Shown one piece after another: positions 51,088 to 61,794 of a DNA stretch of 64,000 bases. Below the pieces are notes generated by a model. It ran no database searches. It saw nothing but the letters and a program-made list of their open reading frames with translations, and had not been told where the DNA came from. Position 1 is the stretch's first letter, and each line of letters opens with the position of its first letter. A program made the translations under genes and the position numbers. Source of the DNA: Mercenaria mercenaria (lineage: Eukaryota); the NCBI RefSeq assembly GCF_021730395.1, contig NC_069369.1:29805250-29869249 (forward strand), read 5' to 3'.

Positions 51088-51237
51088 GATCCAACTTTGA
51101 ATTCACATATCATACTGCCTTTCTTCATGTCCCAGATTTTAATTGTACAATCCCAGGATGCTGTTGCCAGAACATTTCCTGATTTATCTGAAGAACAGGA
51201 ATTCACCCGTCTCTGGTGACCTTTCAGGGAAAACAGT
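51088..51237 (-). CDS. NACHT-WD40 exon (WD repeat)
   Basis: Acceptor cataatttcag|A. (R)LFSLKGHQRRVNSCSSDKSGNVLATASWDCTIKIWDMKKGSMICEFKVG. Donor ATC|GTAAGT. Confidence 0.85.
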
Positions 51238-51599
51238 CTGAAATTATGATGAATATAAAACAGGCAAATTAGTATGGCATTATTGAAAAGGAAGCAGACA
51301 AGGAAATTATTCTTTCAAATATTTCTCTGTTGTTAATCAATTATCCATGCTGTCTGATGTTCAGAACAAAAACCTATTTTTGTTGCATTAAAACATTGCT
51401 CAGTAATATTCAGTTATGTAATATGGAAAGCATTTCAATGACTTCTGACTAGATCCACGCTGAGCTGACTTGCTCTCAGCCAGTAAATGACAACTTTCCC
51501 ACAAAAACAAAGGAAAGAAAAAAGGTGGTAGATGAATACCTGTCAACACCATGTCTACAGTCAAATGTTCTCAAACTAAACTGCATATTAAGTATAATT

Positions 51600-51827
51600 G
51601 AGCCGCGCCATGAGAAAACCAACATAGTGGCTTTGCGACCAGCATGGACCCAGACCAACCTGTGCAGTCTGGTCAGGATCCATGCTGTTCGCTTTCAAAC
51701 TCTATTGCAATTAGAGAAACTGTTAGCGAACAGTATGGATCCTGACCAGACTGCGCGGATGCGCAGGCGGGTCTGGATCCATGCTGGTCGAAAAGCCACT
51801 ATGTTGGTTTTCTCATGGTGTGGCTCA
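51600..51827. mobile_element. Palindromic MITE family A copy, 88 nt downstream of the exon 51916 donor
   Basis: gagccgcgccatgagaaaaccaacatagtggctttgcgaccagcatggacccagaccaacctgtgcagtctggtcaggatccatgctgttcgc...caggcgggtctggatccatgctggtcgaaaagccactatgttggttttctcatggtgtggctca. Confidence 0.8.
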
Positions 51828-51915
51828 TATAATTAAACCCAGAACTCTTCCAAAGGCAATCAGAGTATCTCCAAACTGATATACATGACAATGCAGTGAA
51901 AACATGTAAACATAC

Positions 51916-52040
51916 CTATGACCTTCACTGACGTCCCACACACTGACTGAAGCATCGGAAGATACACTACATAGTTTGTTACTACCAACAAAACATACAT
52001 CTGTTATTTTATCGGCATGTCCTCTGAAACTTCTTATCTC
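51916..52040 (-). CDS. NACHT-WD40 exon (WD repeat)
   Basis: Acceptor ctttattgtttacag|GAG. EIRSFRGHADKITDVCFVGSNKLCSVSSDASVSVWDVSEGH. Donor CATAG|GTATGT. Directly continues ...HLYDLSTGK from exon 54965-55060. Confidence 0.85.
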
Positions 52041-52199
52041 CTGTAAACAATAAAGTTGCAAAAATTAAAATACATTAACAACTTAAACTTTGTTACGATA
52101 AGAAACAGATGTGTAAATTCCTTGAAATTTTATATAAAAGATTTTCAAACGGGCTTTCAACAGAGCAAACAAAAAACAAAGTCCCATAACTATGCAGAA

Positions 52200-52760
52200 T
52201 ATTTATCTAAAAGAACGTAACATGCACCATGCACAACTAGGGTTGGTACTGATCACTTGTGTGAAGTTTCATTAAATTGTGTGCAAGGTTTCGGAAGATT
52301 AGGCGCGCACAAGATTGCATATGCAGACTGTATGTACATAGTATGTTAACAAAAAACAAAGTCCCATAACTCTGCAATTTTTGTTGTTGACAGAACCTAA
52401 CATGCCCTATGCACATCTAATGTTGTTAATGATCACTTGTGTGAAGTTTCATTAAATTGTGTCAAGGGGATGAGGAGAGATGGCGCGCACAAGATTGTGT
52501 CTATGTATATAGTAAAGTAACAAAAAACAAAGTCCCGTAACTGCAATTTTTTTTTCTGAAAGAACCTAACATGCCCCATGCACAACTACTGAATCAGATG
52601 TTACTGATCACCTGTGTGAAGTTTCATTAAACTGTGTCAAGGGGATGAGGAGAGATGGTGCGCACAAGATTGTGTCTACGGACAGACAGACGGACGGATG
52701 GACAGACAGACAACCTGAAACCGGTATAGCCCCCCATTACAACTTTGTTGTCGGGGGGTA
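52200..52760 (+). mobile_element. Helentron-like satDNA carrier (same family as 12398-13440, opposite orientation) with (GGAC/GACA)n and hairpin terminus
   Basis: Units ...cacttgtgtgaagtttcattaaattgtgtcaagggg.tgaggagagatgg.gcgcacaagattgtgtcta.g.... Then ggacagacagacggacggatggacagacagac and the hairpin ccccccattacaactttgttgtcgggggg. Confidence 0.6.
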
Positions 52761-54830
52761 CAATTACGACAGTTAACAGGTGTGTTAAGCATCAATCCCT
52801 TCTCACTAGTAGTTAATGCGATACAAGCTTACATACAAAAAGCTTAACCAGAAATTGCTAAGTCTAACAAGGGGTACAACTTCATAACAAGAGGACCATG
52901 ATGGTCCTGAATCGCTCACCTCTTTCCACATGACCCAGTTTTGAGTATGACGTCGTTTTTTCTATTATTTGACATAGTGACCTAGTTTTTGAGCTCATTT
53001 GACCCAGTTTTGAACTTGACCTAGATATTATCAAGATAAAAATTCTGACCAATTTTCATGAAGATCCATTGAAAAATATGGTCTCTAGAGGTCAAAAGAT
53101 TTTAATAATTTTAGACCTACTGACCTAGTTTTTGACCGCAGTTGACCCAGTTTCAAACCTGACCTAGATATCATCAAGATGAACATTCAGACCAAATTTC
53201 ATACAGATCCCATGAAAAGTATGGCCTCTAGAGAGGTCACAAGGTTTTTTTTATTATTTGACCTACTGACCTAGTTTTTTATGGAACGTGACCCAGATTC
53301 AAACTTGACCTAGATATCATCAAGGTGAACATTCTGACCAATTTTTATGGAGATCCATTTGCAAGTATGGTCTCTAGAGAGGTCACAAGGTTTTTCTATT
53401 TTTAGACCTAATGACCTAGTTTTTGACCGCACATGACCCTGTTTAGAACTTGACCTAGATATCATCAAGATGAACATTCAGATCAATTTTCATACAGATC
53501 CCATGAAAAATATGGCCTTTAGAGAGGTCACAAGGTTTTTCTATTATTTGACCTACTGACCTAGTTTTTGATGGCACCTGACCCACTTTCAAATCTGACC
53601 TAGATATCATCAAGATAAACATTCAGACCAATTTTCATACAGATCCCATGAAAAATATGGCCTCTAGAGAGGTCACAAGGTTTTTCTATTATTTGACCTA
53701 CTGACCTAGTTTTTGACTGCACGTGACCCACTTTCGAACTTGACCTAGATATCATCAAGGTGAACATTCTGACTAATTTTCATGAAGATCTCATGAAATA
53801 TATGGCCTCTAGAGAGGTCACAAGGTTTTTCTATTTTTAGACCTACTGACCTAGTTTTTGACCGCACATGATCCAGTTTCGAACTTGACCTAGATATCGT
53901 CAAGATGAACATTCAGACCAACTTTCATACAGATCCCATGAAAAATATGGCCTCTAGAGAGGTCACAAGGTTTTTCTATTATTTGACCTACTGACCTAGT
54001 TTTTGAAGGCACGTGACCCAGTTTCGAACTTGACCTAGATATTATCAAGATGAACAATCTGACCAATTTTCATGAAGATCTTGTGAAATATATGGCCTCT
54101 AGAGAGGTCACAAGGTTTTTCTATTTTTAGACCTACTGACCTAGTTTTTGAAGGCACGTGACCCAGTTTCAAACTTGACCTAGATATCATCAAGGTGAAC
54201 ATTCTGACCAAGTTTCATGAAGATCTTGTGAAATATATGGCCTCTAGAGAGGTCACAAGGTTTTTCTATTTTTAGACCTACTGACCTAGTTTTTGATGGC
54301 ACATGACCCAGTTTCGAACTTGACCTAGATATCATCAAGATGAACATTCTGACCAACTTTCATAAAGATCCCATGAAAAATGTGACCTCTAGAGTGGTCA
54401 CAAGCAAAAGTTTACGGACGGACGCACGGACGACGGACGACGGACACCGCGCGATCACAAAAGCTCACCTCGTCACTTTGTGACAGGTGAGCTAAAAAAT
54501 GGAAAATAAAGTTATGGAACCTGTGCATAGCAGGTCAGATTATCAGAGTAAAGAGGTGCATTAAGTGTTAATCTATTCTCCCTAGTAGTTACTGAGATAC
54601 AAAGTTACATATAAAAGCTTTGTCAGACATTGCAGTCAAAAAAGGAACATAACAAAGAAAACAGAATTATGGAGTCTGTACACTCCCTGTCAGATAATTA
54701 TAGTGAACAAGTGTGTGAAGTTTCAATCCATTCCTTCAAGTTGATACTGAAGGTAAAGCTTACATACAACATTAAACAAATCCAGACATTGAGGCTGATG
54801 AACAGGTGAGTGCAATAGCTCTACCTTGCC
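52760..54830 (+). mobile_element. Helentron-like satDNA carrier: about 9.5 x ~167-bp units, (GGACG)n and hairpin terminus at 54410-54520, followed by two ~140-bp flank units
   Basis: Units ...ttgacctactgacctagtttttga..gcac.tgacccagtttcgaacttgacctagatatcatcaagatgaacattc.gaccaa.tttcat..agatc.catgaaaaatatggcctctagagaggtcacaaggtttttctatt.... Terminus acggacggacgcacggacgacggacgacggac...gatcacaaaagctcacctcgtcactttgtgacaggtgagc. The flank units (54520-54830) also follow the terminus at 52760-52900. Confidence 0.6.
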
Positions 54831-54964
54831 TTTGAATAGTTCAGCTAATAAGTCACTTGACCCATAATGATCTTGACAGGGGATTACAATAGTGCTTCTA
54901 CCAAAACGCAGGCCATACAAAGATACTACATTTATATACCAGTCTATAATTCATATACTCGTAC

Positions 54965-55060
54965 CTTTCCAGTACTGAGATCATACAGATGTACAAGACA
55001 GTCCAGTCCACCGCAAGCAAACTGTCTGTTATCATGGGATATACTAACACATGTCATTGG
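54965..55060 (-). CDS. NACHT-WD40 exon (WD repeat)
   Basis: Acceptor ttttattttatattccag|CCA. PMTCVSISHDNRQFACGGLDCLVHLYDLSTGK. Donor AAG|GTACGA. Confidence 0.85.
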
Positions 55061-55340
55061 CTGGAATATAAAATAAAATGTATTTTTATCATGCACATAA
55101 ACTCCTATTCATTTATGAGTTAAATTTGGTATAAATATAGCAAATATCAATAATCTTATCACTAGGGAAACTCCATTAAAAAAGACGCACATTAATTTTC
55201 TCTTTTTAAACTTATCTCTTGACAATAATGTTGCTTACACTAGTTCTGACACAAAAATCAAATTGAAAAATGCAATACACAACATATTCTTTTCTACCAA
55301 GTAAAATTAACTATAAACTAAATCAAAATGTATATAATAC

Positions 55341-55521
55341 CTCGGGTAAGTTGGATATAGTGAGGTAGCATGGGTCAATGTTGACTGGTTTACTATTCCA
55401 CTCAATCAAAGATTTCTGACTTCTGGGAATGGTGTCAGAATTGAGTACAGTCTGTACATCTCTTGCAGGTTGGGAGGTAGAGTTTTCATTGTAAGCTTGC
55501 TGCCAGGTCAATGCTGGATGA
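55341..55521 (-). CDS. NACHT-WD40 exon (linker region)
   Basis: Acceptor cacttcag|T. (S)HPALTWQQAYNENSTSQPARDVQTVLNSDTIPRSQKSLIEWNSKPVNIDPCYLTISNLPE. Donor GAG|GTATTA. Confidence 0.75.
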
Positions 55522-55559
55522 CTGAAGTGTAATAATACAGTTACTAAGATTAAAGAAAT

Positions 55560-55845
55560 TATTCATTTTGTTGGGTCTAACGTCGCACCGACACAATTAT
55601 AGGTCATATGGCGACTTTCCAGCTTTGATGGTGGAGGAAGACCCCAGGTGTCCCCCGTGCATTATTTCATCATGAGCGGGAACGTGGGTAAAACCACCGA
55701 CTTTCCGTAAGCCAGCTAGATGCCTTCCTCACAGGAAGAATTCAAAGCCCCGAGTGAGGCTCGAACCCACATCGATGAGGGGCAAGTGATTTGAAGTTAG
55801 CGACCTTCACCACTTGGCCACGGAGGCCCCAAGATTGAAGAAAGT
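55560..55845 (-). mobile_element. tRNA-derived SINE, inverted copy of the 16501-16745 family, 38 nt upstream of an acceptor
   Basis: Reverse complement: ggggcctccgtggccaagtggtgaaggtcgctaacttcaaatcacttgcccctcatcgatgtgggttcgagcctcactcgggg.... Confidence 0.65.
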
Positions 55846-56207
55846 AGTAGTGGTTCACCAGTATGCACAAATGTTTGCACTAAGGTTCATGAGAGGGGAT
55901 CTCTGTAAATCCTACCAAAAATGCCTTTCCAAACTTTATATGCAAATTTTATAGTCAGCCAAGTAGTACATTGAAATGGATGTAAATTGTCAAAAGTACT
56001 GAAATTGAGTTCTATATAATCATTGTAACAGTTTTTATGACTACTGAGCTTGTCCAGGCATGATGAAGGTAGCAGCAGACAGTTTTGTCTTCTTTTAAAA
56101 GTGGTACCCCTGTGTCAAAAGTCAGTAGTAAAATACTTGAAGCAAAGCAGACCATCACAATTTAAGGCTCAAGACAAATGTAATACATTGATAATATGAG
56201 CCGTGCC

Positions 56208-56385
56208 ATGAGAAAACCATCCGCGCAGTCTGGTCAGGATCCATGCTGTTCGCTAACAGTTTCTCTAATTGCAGGCTTTAAAAGCGTACAGCATGGATCC
56301 TGACCAGACTGCGCGGATGCGCAGGCTGGTCTGGATCCATGCTGGTCGCAAAGCCACTATGTTGGTTTTCCCACGGCACGGCTCA
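56208..56385. mobile_element. Palindromic MITE family A copy (short), 22 nt downstream of the exon 56408 donor
   Basis: gagccgtgccatgagaaaaccatccgcgcagtctggtcaggatccatgctgttcgctaacagtttctctaattgcaggctttaaaagcgtacagcatggatcctgaccagactgcgcggatgcgcaggctggtctggatccatgctggtcgcaaagccactatgttggttttcccacggcacggctca. Confidence 0.8.
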
Positions 56386-56407
56386 AATGTATCCAGTGTG
56401 AACATAC

Positions 56408-56513
56408 CTTGAGAGTATATGTAAACTCCTGGAGACAAAGGATTTATATTCCTTCACAGCAGGTTTCTCAAAAAATTTCATCTGTTCACGCTCTTGTGTC
56501 TTGTTGCTTGTTT
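56408..56513 (-). CDS. NACHT-WD40 exon
   Basis: Acceptor cttttttttctgtag|AA. (E)TSNKTQEREQMKFFEKPAVKEYKSFVSRSLHILS. Donor CAAG|GTATGT. Confidence 0.75.
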
Positions 56514-56976
56514 CTACAGAAAAAAAAGTGTTTTTAAAAGCATTAGTTATCAGAAACTGGCTACCAAAGAAATGGTAGAAGGTAAAAAAAAAATAATTTC
56601 TTTTAATTTGCTAAGGATCTGTTTGTTTTTGGTTTAGCTTAACATCATTTTTTTCAGCAGTATTTCAGTTATTAATAGCAGTACATAAATCAGAGGTGGA
56701 GAATCAATGACTTCAGACATAATGTCTTCAGTCACATTCATCATACACCTCAAAATGTTTTGAACCCTACAATCTTCTGACTAGAAATCTACTGTAAGTA
56801 AGTTTTTGGCTATCTGGGTGGGCTCAGTCAAATGAAGACCCATTCAGTCATTACAGGTACTTAGAGGCACTTGATACTGAGGTAGATATAAAAAATAACT
56901 GTATCTATACTGAAACATTCACTTTTTCTAAAACAATAAACGTGTTGATGGTATTTATATTGACTGCATGTTTTAC

Positions 56977-57091
56977 CTAACGGTTGGTAGTCATCTATGA
57001 GTTCAGCTGTCAATCCCAGCATGCACTTGTTGTAAATGAACTTAAGGTTGCAGACGACATCTTCCAGGTCAGCAAAACTACCAGACTTGTT
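56977..57091 (-). CDS. NACHT-WD40 exon
   Basis: Acceptor cttcatgtag|AAC. NKSGSFADLEDVVCNLKFIYNKCMLGLTAELIDDYQPL. Donor TTAG|GTAAAA. Confidence 0.75.
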
Positions 57092-57688
57092 CTACATGAA
57101 GACAGAAATACATTTCTGTAACTTGTTACAAACGATGCAATAATCCAGTTTCATAAAACATGTTTTCACATATAGTGTAACAAAATTCTACGTTTACCAT
57201 TCTGTACTTGAGTCTAAATAATGGACTGAGGGGACTACTGTTAAACTTCCACTTACACTGGGATTTAAACCAATATTGCAAAATAACTGGTTTTGCAGGG
57301 TTCAATTTTTTAAGGTTTCATGGTTGAATCAGACTATGAACTAAAGTGATTAAAATACCAACCAATAAGTAAAGTTTCCTATTCAACTTATGTTCAAAAT
57401 TTGAAATCCACAAATCCATATTACCATAAAATTCCAGTTTTGCAAAAAACCATGACATTTCATGCTCATGACATTAAATGATTCTACCCTAGGTTTAATG
57501 TCAACCTCTTAATTCCAACATCACTTGTTCCATTCTGCTACTCAGAATACAAATTTTCTTGGAACATATAAATGTTGTATTCGCAGGTTTAATCAACGTA
57601 AATAAATTCATCTTAGATGACATTCTAGCAAAAATAATGTTTTAGTAGCAAAATGAACAACACAAGAACTGGTAATACTTTTTCTTAC

Positions 57689-57777
57689 CAAATGATATGG
57701 CAGTTCCCGGAATGCACGTATAGACTTTCCACTAAATGTACCATCTCTCTCTGGATCTGCCAGACTGTAGAAATATC
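57689..57777 (-). CDS. NACHT-WD40 exon
   Basis: Acceptor gttgcattttcag|GA. GYFYSLADPERDGTFSGKSIRAFRELPYHL. Donor TTG|GTAAGA. The frame differs from the six-frame track ORF but is the only one consistent in phase with both neighbouring exons. Confidence 0.7.
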
Positions 57778-58197
57778 CTGAAAATGCAACACAATTGATA
57801 TATCAAAATAATTTATGAATGTCACCAATGTGTTGAGTTTTGTACCATTTGTTTTAGCAGTACACTTCTTCAAACTATTGTAAACAGAAACCTTAACAAG
57901 TTCCTAGGTTACTGACAAAACTTTTTAGCAGTATACTTCTACTGTAATCAGAAAACCTTAACCAGTTCCTAGGTTAATGACAAAACTTAGTCTCCCCTAT
58001 GGAAGTATGAAGAGCATTTGTAAAATACACATGTAAGCTGTATCAATGAAAATTTTTAAAACATTTGACAACACAGATCCTTTTTGGAGGGATAATATTC
58101 TTATATTAACCTCAAAACCAAGAATCAGTCAGGCAAGTCCAGTTTTTGCCAGTGTAATGGTGAAAGCGTAAAATGTATACTTGATATCTAAACTCAC

Positions 58198-58310
58198 CAG
58201 CAATCAGACGGTGAAGATGTAGTTCTGTTTCCATGGCACCAGCAGACTTCAAGTACCTCTGTCTCACTGCCTGTATTATATCTACATGGGACAGACTTAA
58301 TCTGCTACTC
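58198..58310 (-). CDS. NACHT-WD40 exon
   Basis: Acceptor gttttatgttatag|G. (W)SSRLSLSHVDIIQAVRQRYLKSAGAMETELHLHRLIA. Donor GCTG|GTGAGT. Confidence 0.75.
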
Positions 58311-58629
58311 CTATAACATAAAACAGTACCTTGTAACTCAAGCACATACTCTTGATAAATCAAGAAATTTCTGTACCATAAAAAATAACACATTCTTAGT
58401 ATATGAACTGCATAATTAGTTTTACTTATTATTTCCATGTCATCTGTCTTTGCAATAAATGTTTGTCATGTACTATGTAGTAATGGTTTTCACTTTGAGG
58501 TCCTTATAACTTCACAATTGAGAAGTAAATGTAGTTATTTTTTGTAGAATGTTGACCTTCCAAATCACTAAGACACACCCTTATAATAAACCTGAGACTA
58601 TTAGATATACAGAAAATGGTAAAACCTAC

Positions 58630-58810
58630 CATGAGTCAAGTGGATCATTGAGAAATCCCTGTAAGGCTCTCTGTAACTGGGCAAAAACAGCAGACGGCAC
58701 ACATTCCTCTGGACTCGGTTTCATGTTCATTATCTCTTTGACCTTTGGTTTTTCACCTCCCAGAATTCCAAACAAACTCAAGAGGTCATGTAGTTCAACT
58801 TGCTCAAGAC
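58630..58810 (-). CDS. NACHT-WD40 exon
   Basis: Acceptor acttacacatttccag|GT. GLEQVELHDLLSLFGILGGEKPKVKEIMNMKPSPEECVPSAVFAQLQRALQGFLNDPLDS. Donor CATG|GTAGGT. Confidence 0.8.
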
Positions 58811-59163
58811 CTGGAAATGTGTAAGTTAAGTGAGTGTCACTTCTGTTAAAAGTTTTGTAACAAAATTCCAGCATATATCCACAGAAATATTTCATAATAT
58901 TTTCTAGGATGTCAGATTTCTTACAAATACAGGCATATATGTAAAACTTCAATTATATTTGTTAGAACATAATACATACAAAAACTAACACTTCTCAACC
59001 TAGTGCACTAAAAACTTCCTACCAGCTGATCATGAACTTAAATTCCGCTCTTACTTTTCACTATTATTCAGCCGAGTTAATATCACAAAAATATGAAAAC
59101 AATCCAAATATCATATTTTTGTGGAAGTTAAAAAAAAAACTAATATAATGTAAATTGGCTTAC

Positions 59164-59296
59164 CATCTCTGGCACAAACAAGAAGGGACAATGCTGTTGC
59201 TATGGTATCTTTCCCAAGGTCAGTCTCCATTCGTGACATTACTTCCTGTAGAAGTGTGGGAACTGTCTGAGGTAATGCCTTCAGCTTGGATGTCAT
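59164..59296 (-). CDS. NACHT-WD40 exon
   Basis: Acceptor tctcttcttcag|ATG. MTSKLKALPQTVPTLLQEVMSRMETDLGKDTIATALSLLVCARD. Donor GATG|GTAAGC. Confidence 0.8.
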
Positions 59297-59313
59297 CTGA
59301 AGAAGAGAGACGA

Positions 59314-59485
59314 TTAACCTTTAGCCTGCTAAATTTCTAAAATGGACTAATCCATCATTCAATTTGGACAGTGCCATTTACTATCTGAAGGGGTGTTCAA
59401 TGAAAATTTACTGACTGATCATGAATAGCGAAGGCTGATCTTGGTCTGCACTGGTCCCAAAGGCAGTATCACTTGCCAACAACAG
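59314..59485. mobile_element. MITE family B copy (subfamily 2)
   Basis: ttaacctttagcctgctaaatttctaaaatggactaatccatcattcaatttggacagtgccatttactatctgaaggggtgttcaatgaaaatttactgactgatcatgaatagcgaaggctgatcttggtctgcactggtcccaaaggcagtatcacttgccaacaacaggctaaatattaa. Confidence 0.7.
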
Positions 59486-60035
59486 GCTAAATATTAAAAA
59501 ATTGTGTCAACTTTCAATTTTGTCAAGTTCCATCTGCATAATACTTTTGTGATTTCACACAAACTGAATGCATGATTTTAAAATTTTAGACAAATGAAAT
59601 AAAATTATAAATGGACAATTAAAGTGTTTGTTTGGATTTCATTTCTAAAGATAATGTAAACAAAATATCTTTGGAAGTTTGTCCGTCAATGTTTATAATT
59701 ATTTCACAGTATTCAGTACAGACATCTATAATTAGCAGATTTTCTGTTTTCAGTTATCCCTCACCCTAAGTGAATGTATTATTTTCAAATGTGTATGCAA
59801 AGCTAAGGTGCTTCAGGCTTTCAACTGGGTGACATTTGATTGAAATAAGAAGGTAGAACAATGTTCTCCAATATATTGGATTCATGCAGGGGTCAGTTAA
59901 CTTCTTGAAACTGACTGCATCTGTGCAAATGCCTACCTGCTTCCAGCTGACTACCATTTCATAGCTGATATTCTGTTGAAAAAATTGCATTAAATCAGTA
60001 TTTACAGAATGGACAAAAATTGAAAGACTGATCAC

Positions 60036-60128
60036 CTTTTCAAAGAGACCATATACTCTCAGTTCCTCACAAGCAAGACTTAGGTACAAGGGAACATTTG
60101 CTTCCTTCTTGGACACCAACAGTTTCAT
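60036..60128 (-). CDS. NACHT-WD40 exon
   Basis: Acceptor tttttgtttcag|ATG. MKLLVSKKEANVPLYLSLACEELRVYGLFEK. Donor AAG|GTGATC. Confidence 0.8.
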
Positions 60129-60562
60129 CTGAAACAAAAATCAGTATTTTTCTACACAAATCATGGCAGCATTCTTGCTGATGTAAAATGAAGCTAAAAT
60201 CTTCACTCATTAAAATAACAACTACCATTAAAAGTTTATTTAAAGCATATCATACTGGCTAAAAGCTGGTAATATCTTTTAGAACCAACCTAATAAATTT
60301 TAACTAGCATTTAAAGTAACCTTCATATGACAAACTTCAAAGAGCATGCGAGTTATTGCAGTAAGTTAAGCTAGATGGCTGTACGTCATTTCAGAACTTT
60401 ATAAAGCATGCATAGGGAGCACTGCCTTACTGAATATTTATAATATGATACTGAATATTTATAATCTGACAGCAATGTATACCTGGTTATTGAATATTTA
60501 TAATATTACATGTGAATGTATATCTGGTTATTAAATATTTATAGCATGATATGCATATATAC

Positions 60563-60739
60563 CTGGTTATTAAATGGTGACTCATCTAAAGCCTTGCTAT
60601 GTACAGCTAGATGACTCTTTACAACCTCGGCCTTGTCCCACATGTCCAGACCTTCTACAGTGACCTCTGTGACCTTTCGTCTCCGTAGCGACTGGTGGAA
60701 TTTGCCTTGTGTCAGGCAGGTTATAACAAATATCACATT
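60563..60739 (-). CDS. NACHT-WD40 exon (NACHT region)
   Basis: Acceptor ctatttcttttgcag|AAT. NVIFVITCLTQGKFHQSLRRRKVTEVTVEGLDMWDKAEVVKSHLAVHSKALDESPFNNQ. Donor CAG|GTATAT. Confidence 0.8.
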
Positions 60740-60784
60740 CTGCAAAAGAAATAGAGGATATTTGTTTGTTTTGAGTGAATATGG

Positions 60785-61270
60785 AATATATCTCACTGAG
60801 AAGTGAGAAAATTTCAAATATTTTCACGAGCGCGTAGCGCGAGTGAAAATGTGAAAATTTTCTCACTTCAAGGTGAGATATATTCAACATTCACGAAAAA
60901 CAAACAAATTTTCTTTTTATTTTATGCTCAATTACGTTGAGATGTGCATTTTGCAACTATTTTAATCTCAGCGCGGGAAACATACGCGTGTAAACAGACA
61001 TGACGTCAGACGTGCTGTGACGTTATAAAGACGCATGCAACATAAAGTTCCATTTTGTTTTATTTTTTCCAGCATAACGGTATGAAATTCTCTTTAAGTA
61101 AAATAATTTGAATCGAGAACTATACTATAAAGAACAAAGTGCGGCTACAATTTTCATCCTGTTTTAAGCAAATAATTTAAAATTCATACACAATGTAATG
61201 AGGGGGCGAAGCTATATCTCTCACAGTGTGAAAATATAGATTTCATATTTTCACAGTGTGAGTGATGAGA
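60785..61270. mobile_element. Foldback / MITE-like element whose left arm is itself a ~40-bp perfect palindrome
   Basis: Palindrome cactgagaagtgagaaaatttcaaatattttcacgagcgcg|tagcgcgagtgaaaatgtgaaaattttctcacttc at 60790-60880. Right end tcacagtgtgaaaatatagatttcatattttcacagtgtgagtg is an imperfect inverted match to the left end. Confidence 0.4.
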
Positions 61271-61794
61271 TATGAAAATATTTAACTGATAGAATACAGT
61301 ATTTCATTAGTTAGCATAAAATAAATATTGTTATTTAGACTAAAGCAATATTTTATACAATTACATTGTACTGCCTTTTAGAGAGGTTGATATTTAGAGG
61401 GTTTTTGTTACTATATATAGTAACATATGTATTAATAGGATTTATTATATACCTATATAAATTCTGTCAAAAGTACAGCTTGCATTTTACAGGGAAATAC
61501 GAACAGGCTGAAAAAAGTCCCGTATTGTACCTTCTTAAATCCCATATAATTGTACATTCTGTATTGTATGTTGCCGGACTACTGTCATTAATATGCATGA
61601 GCTGACACAGCTATATAAATAGCACACACGAAAACATAACTCATTTCATTTTAACATCAACAAACACTTAACAAATAAACAAACAAACATATAACAAATA
61701 AAAAAAAAAAAAAAATGGAGGTATATAATAAAAGGGTCATTACAACAGTAGCTAGATTTGGGATTTTGTATTCGGCCCTCATGGATTTTGCAAG

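Noticed and set aside
54825-54920. Exon-like ORF ...LYGLRFGRSTIVIPCQDHYGSSDLLAELFKGK with a good GGCAAG|GTAGAG donor
   Set aside because: No acceptor gives a phase compatible with the phase-0 end of exon 54965-55060. The downstream part overlaps the repeated Helentron flank units. Joining exon 54965-55060 directly to exon 51916-52040 gives the canonical WD junction ...HLYDLSTGK|EIRSFRGHADKIT.
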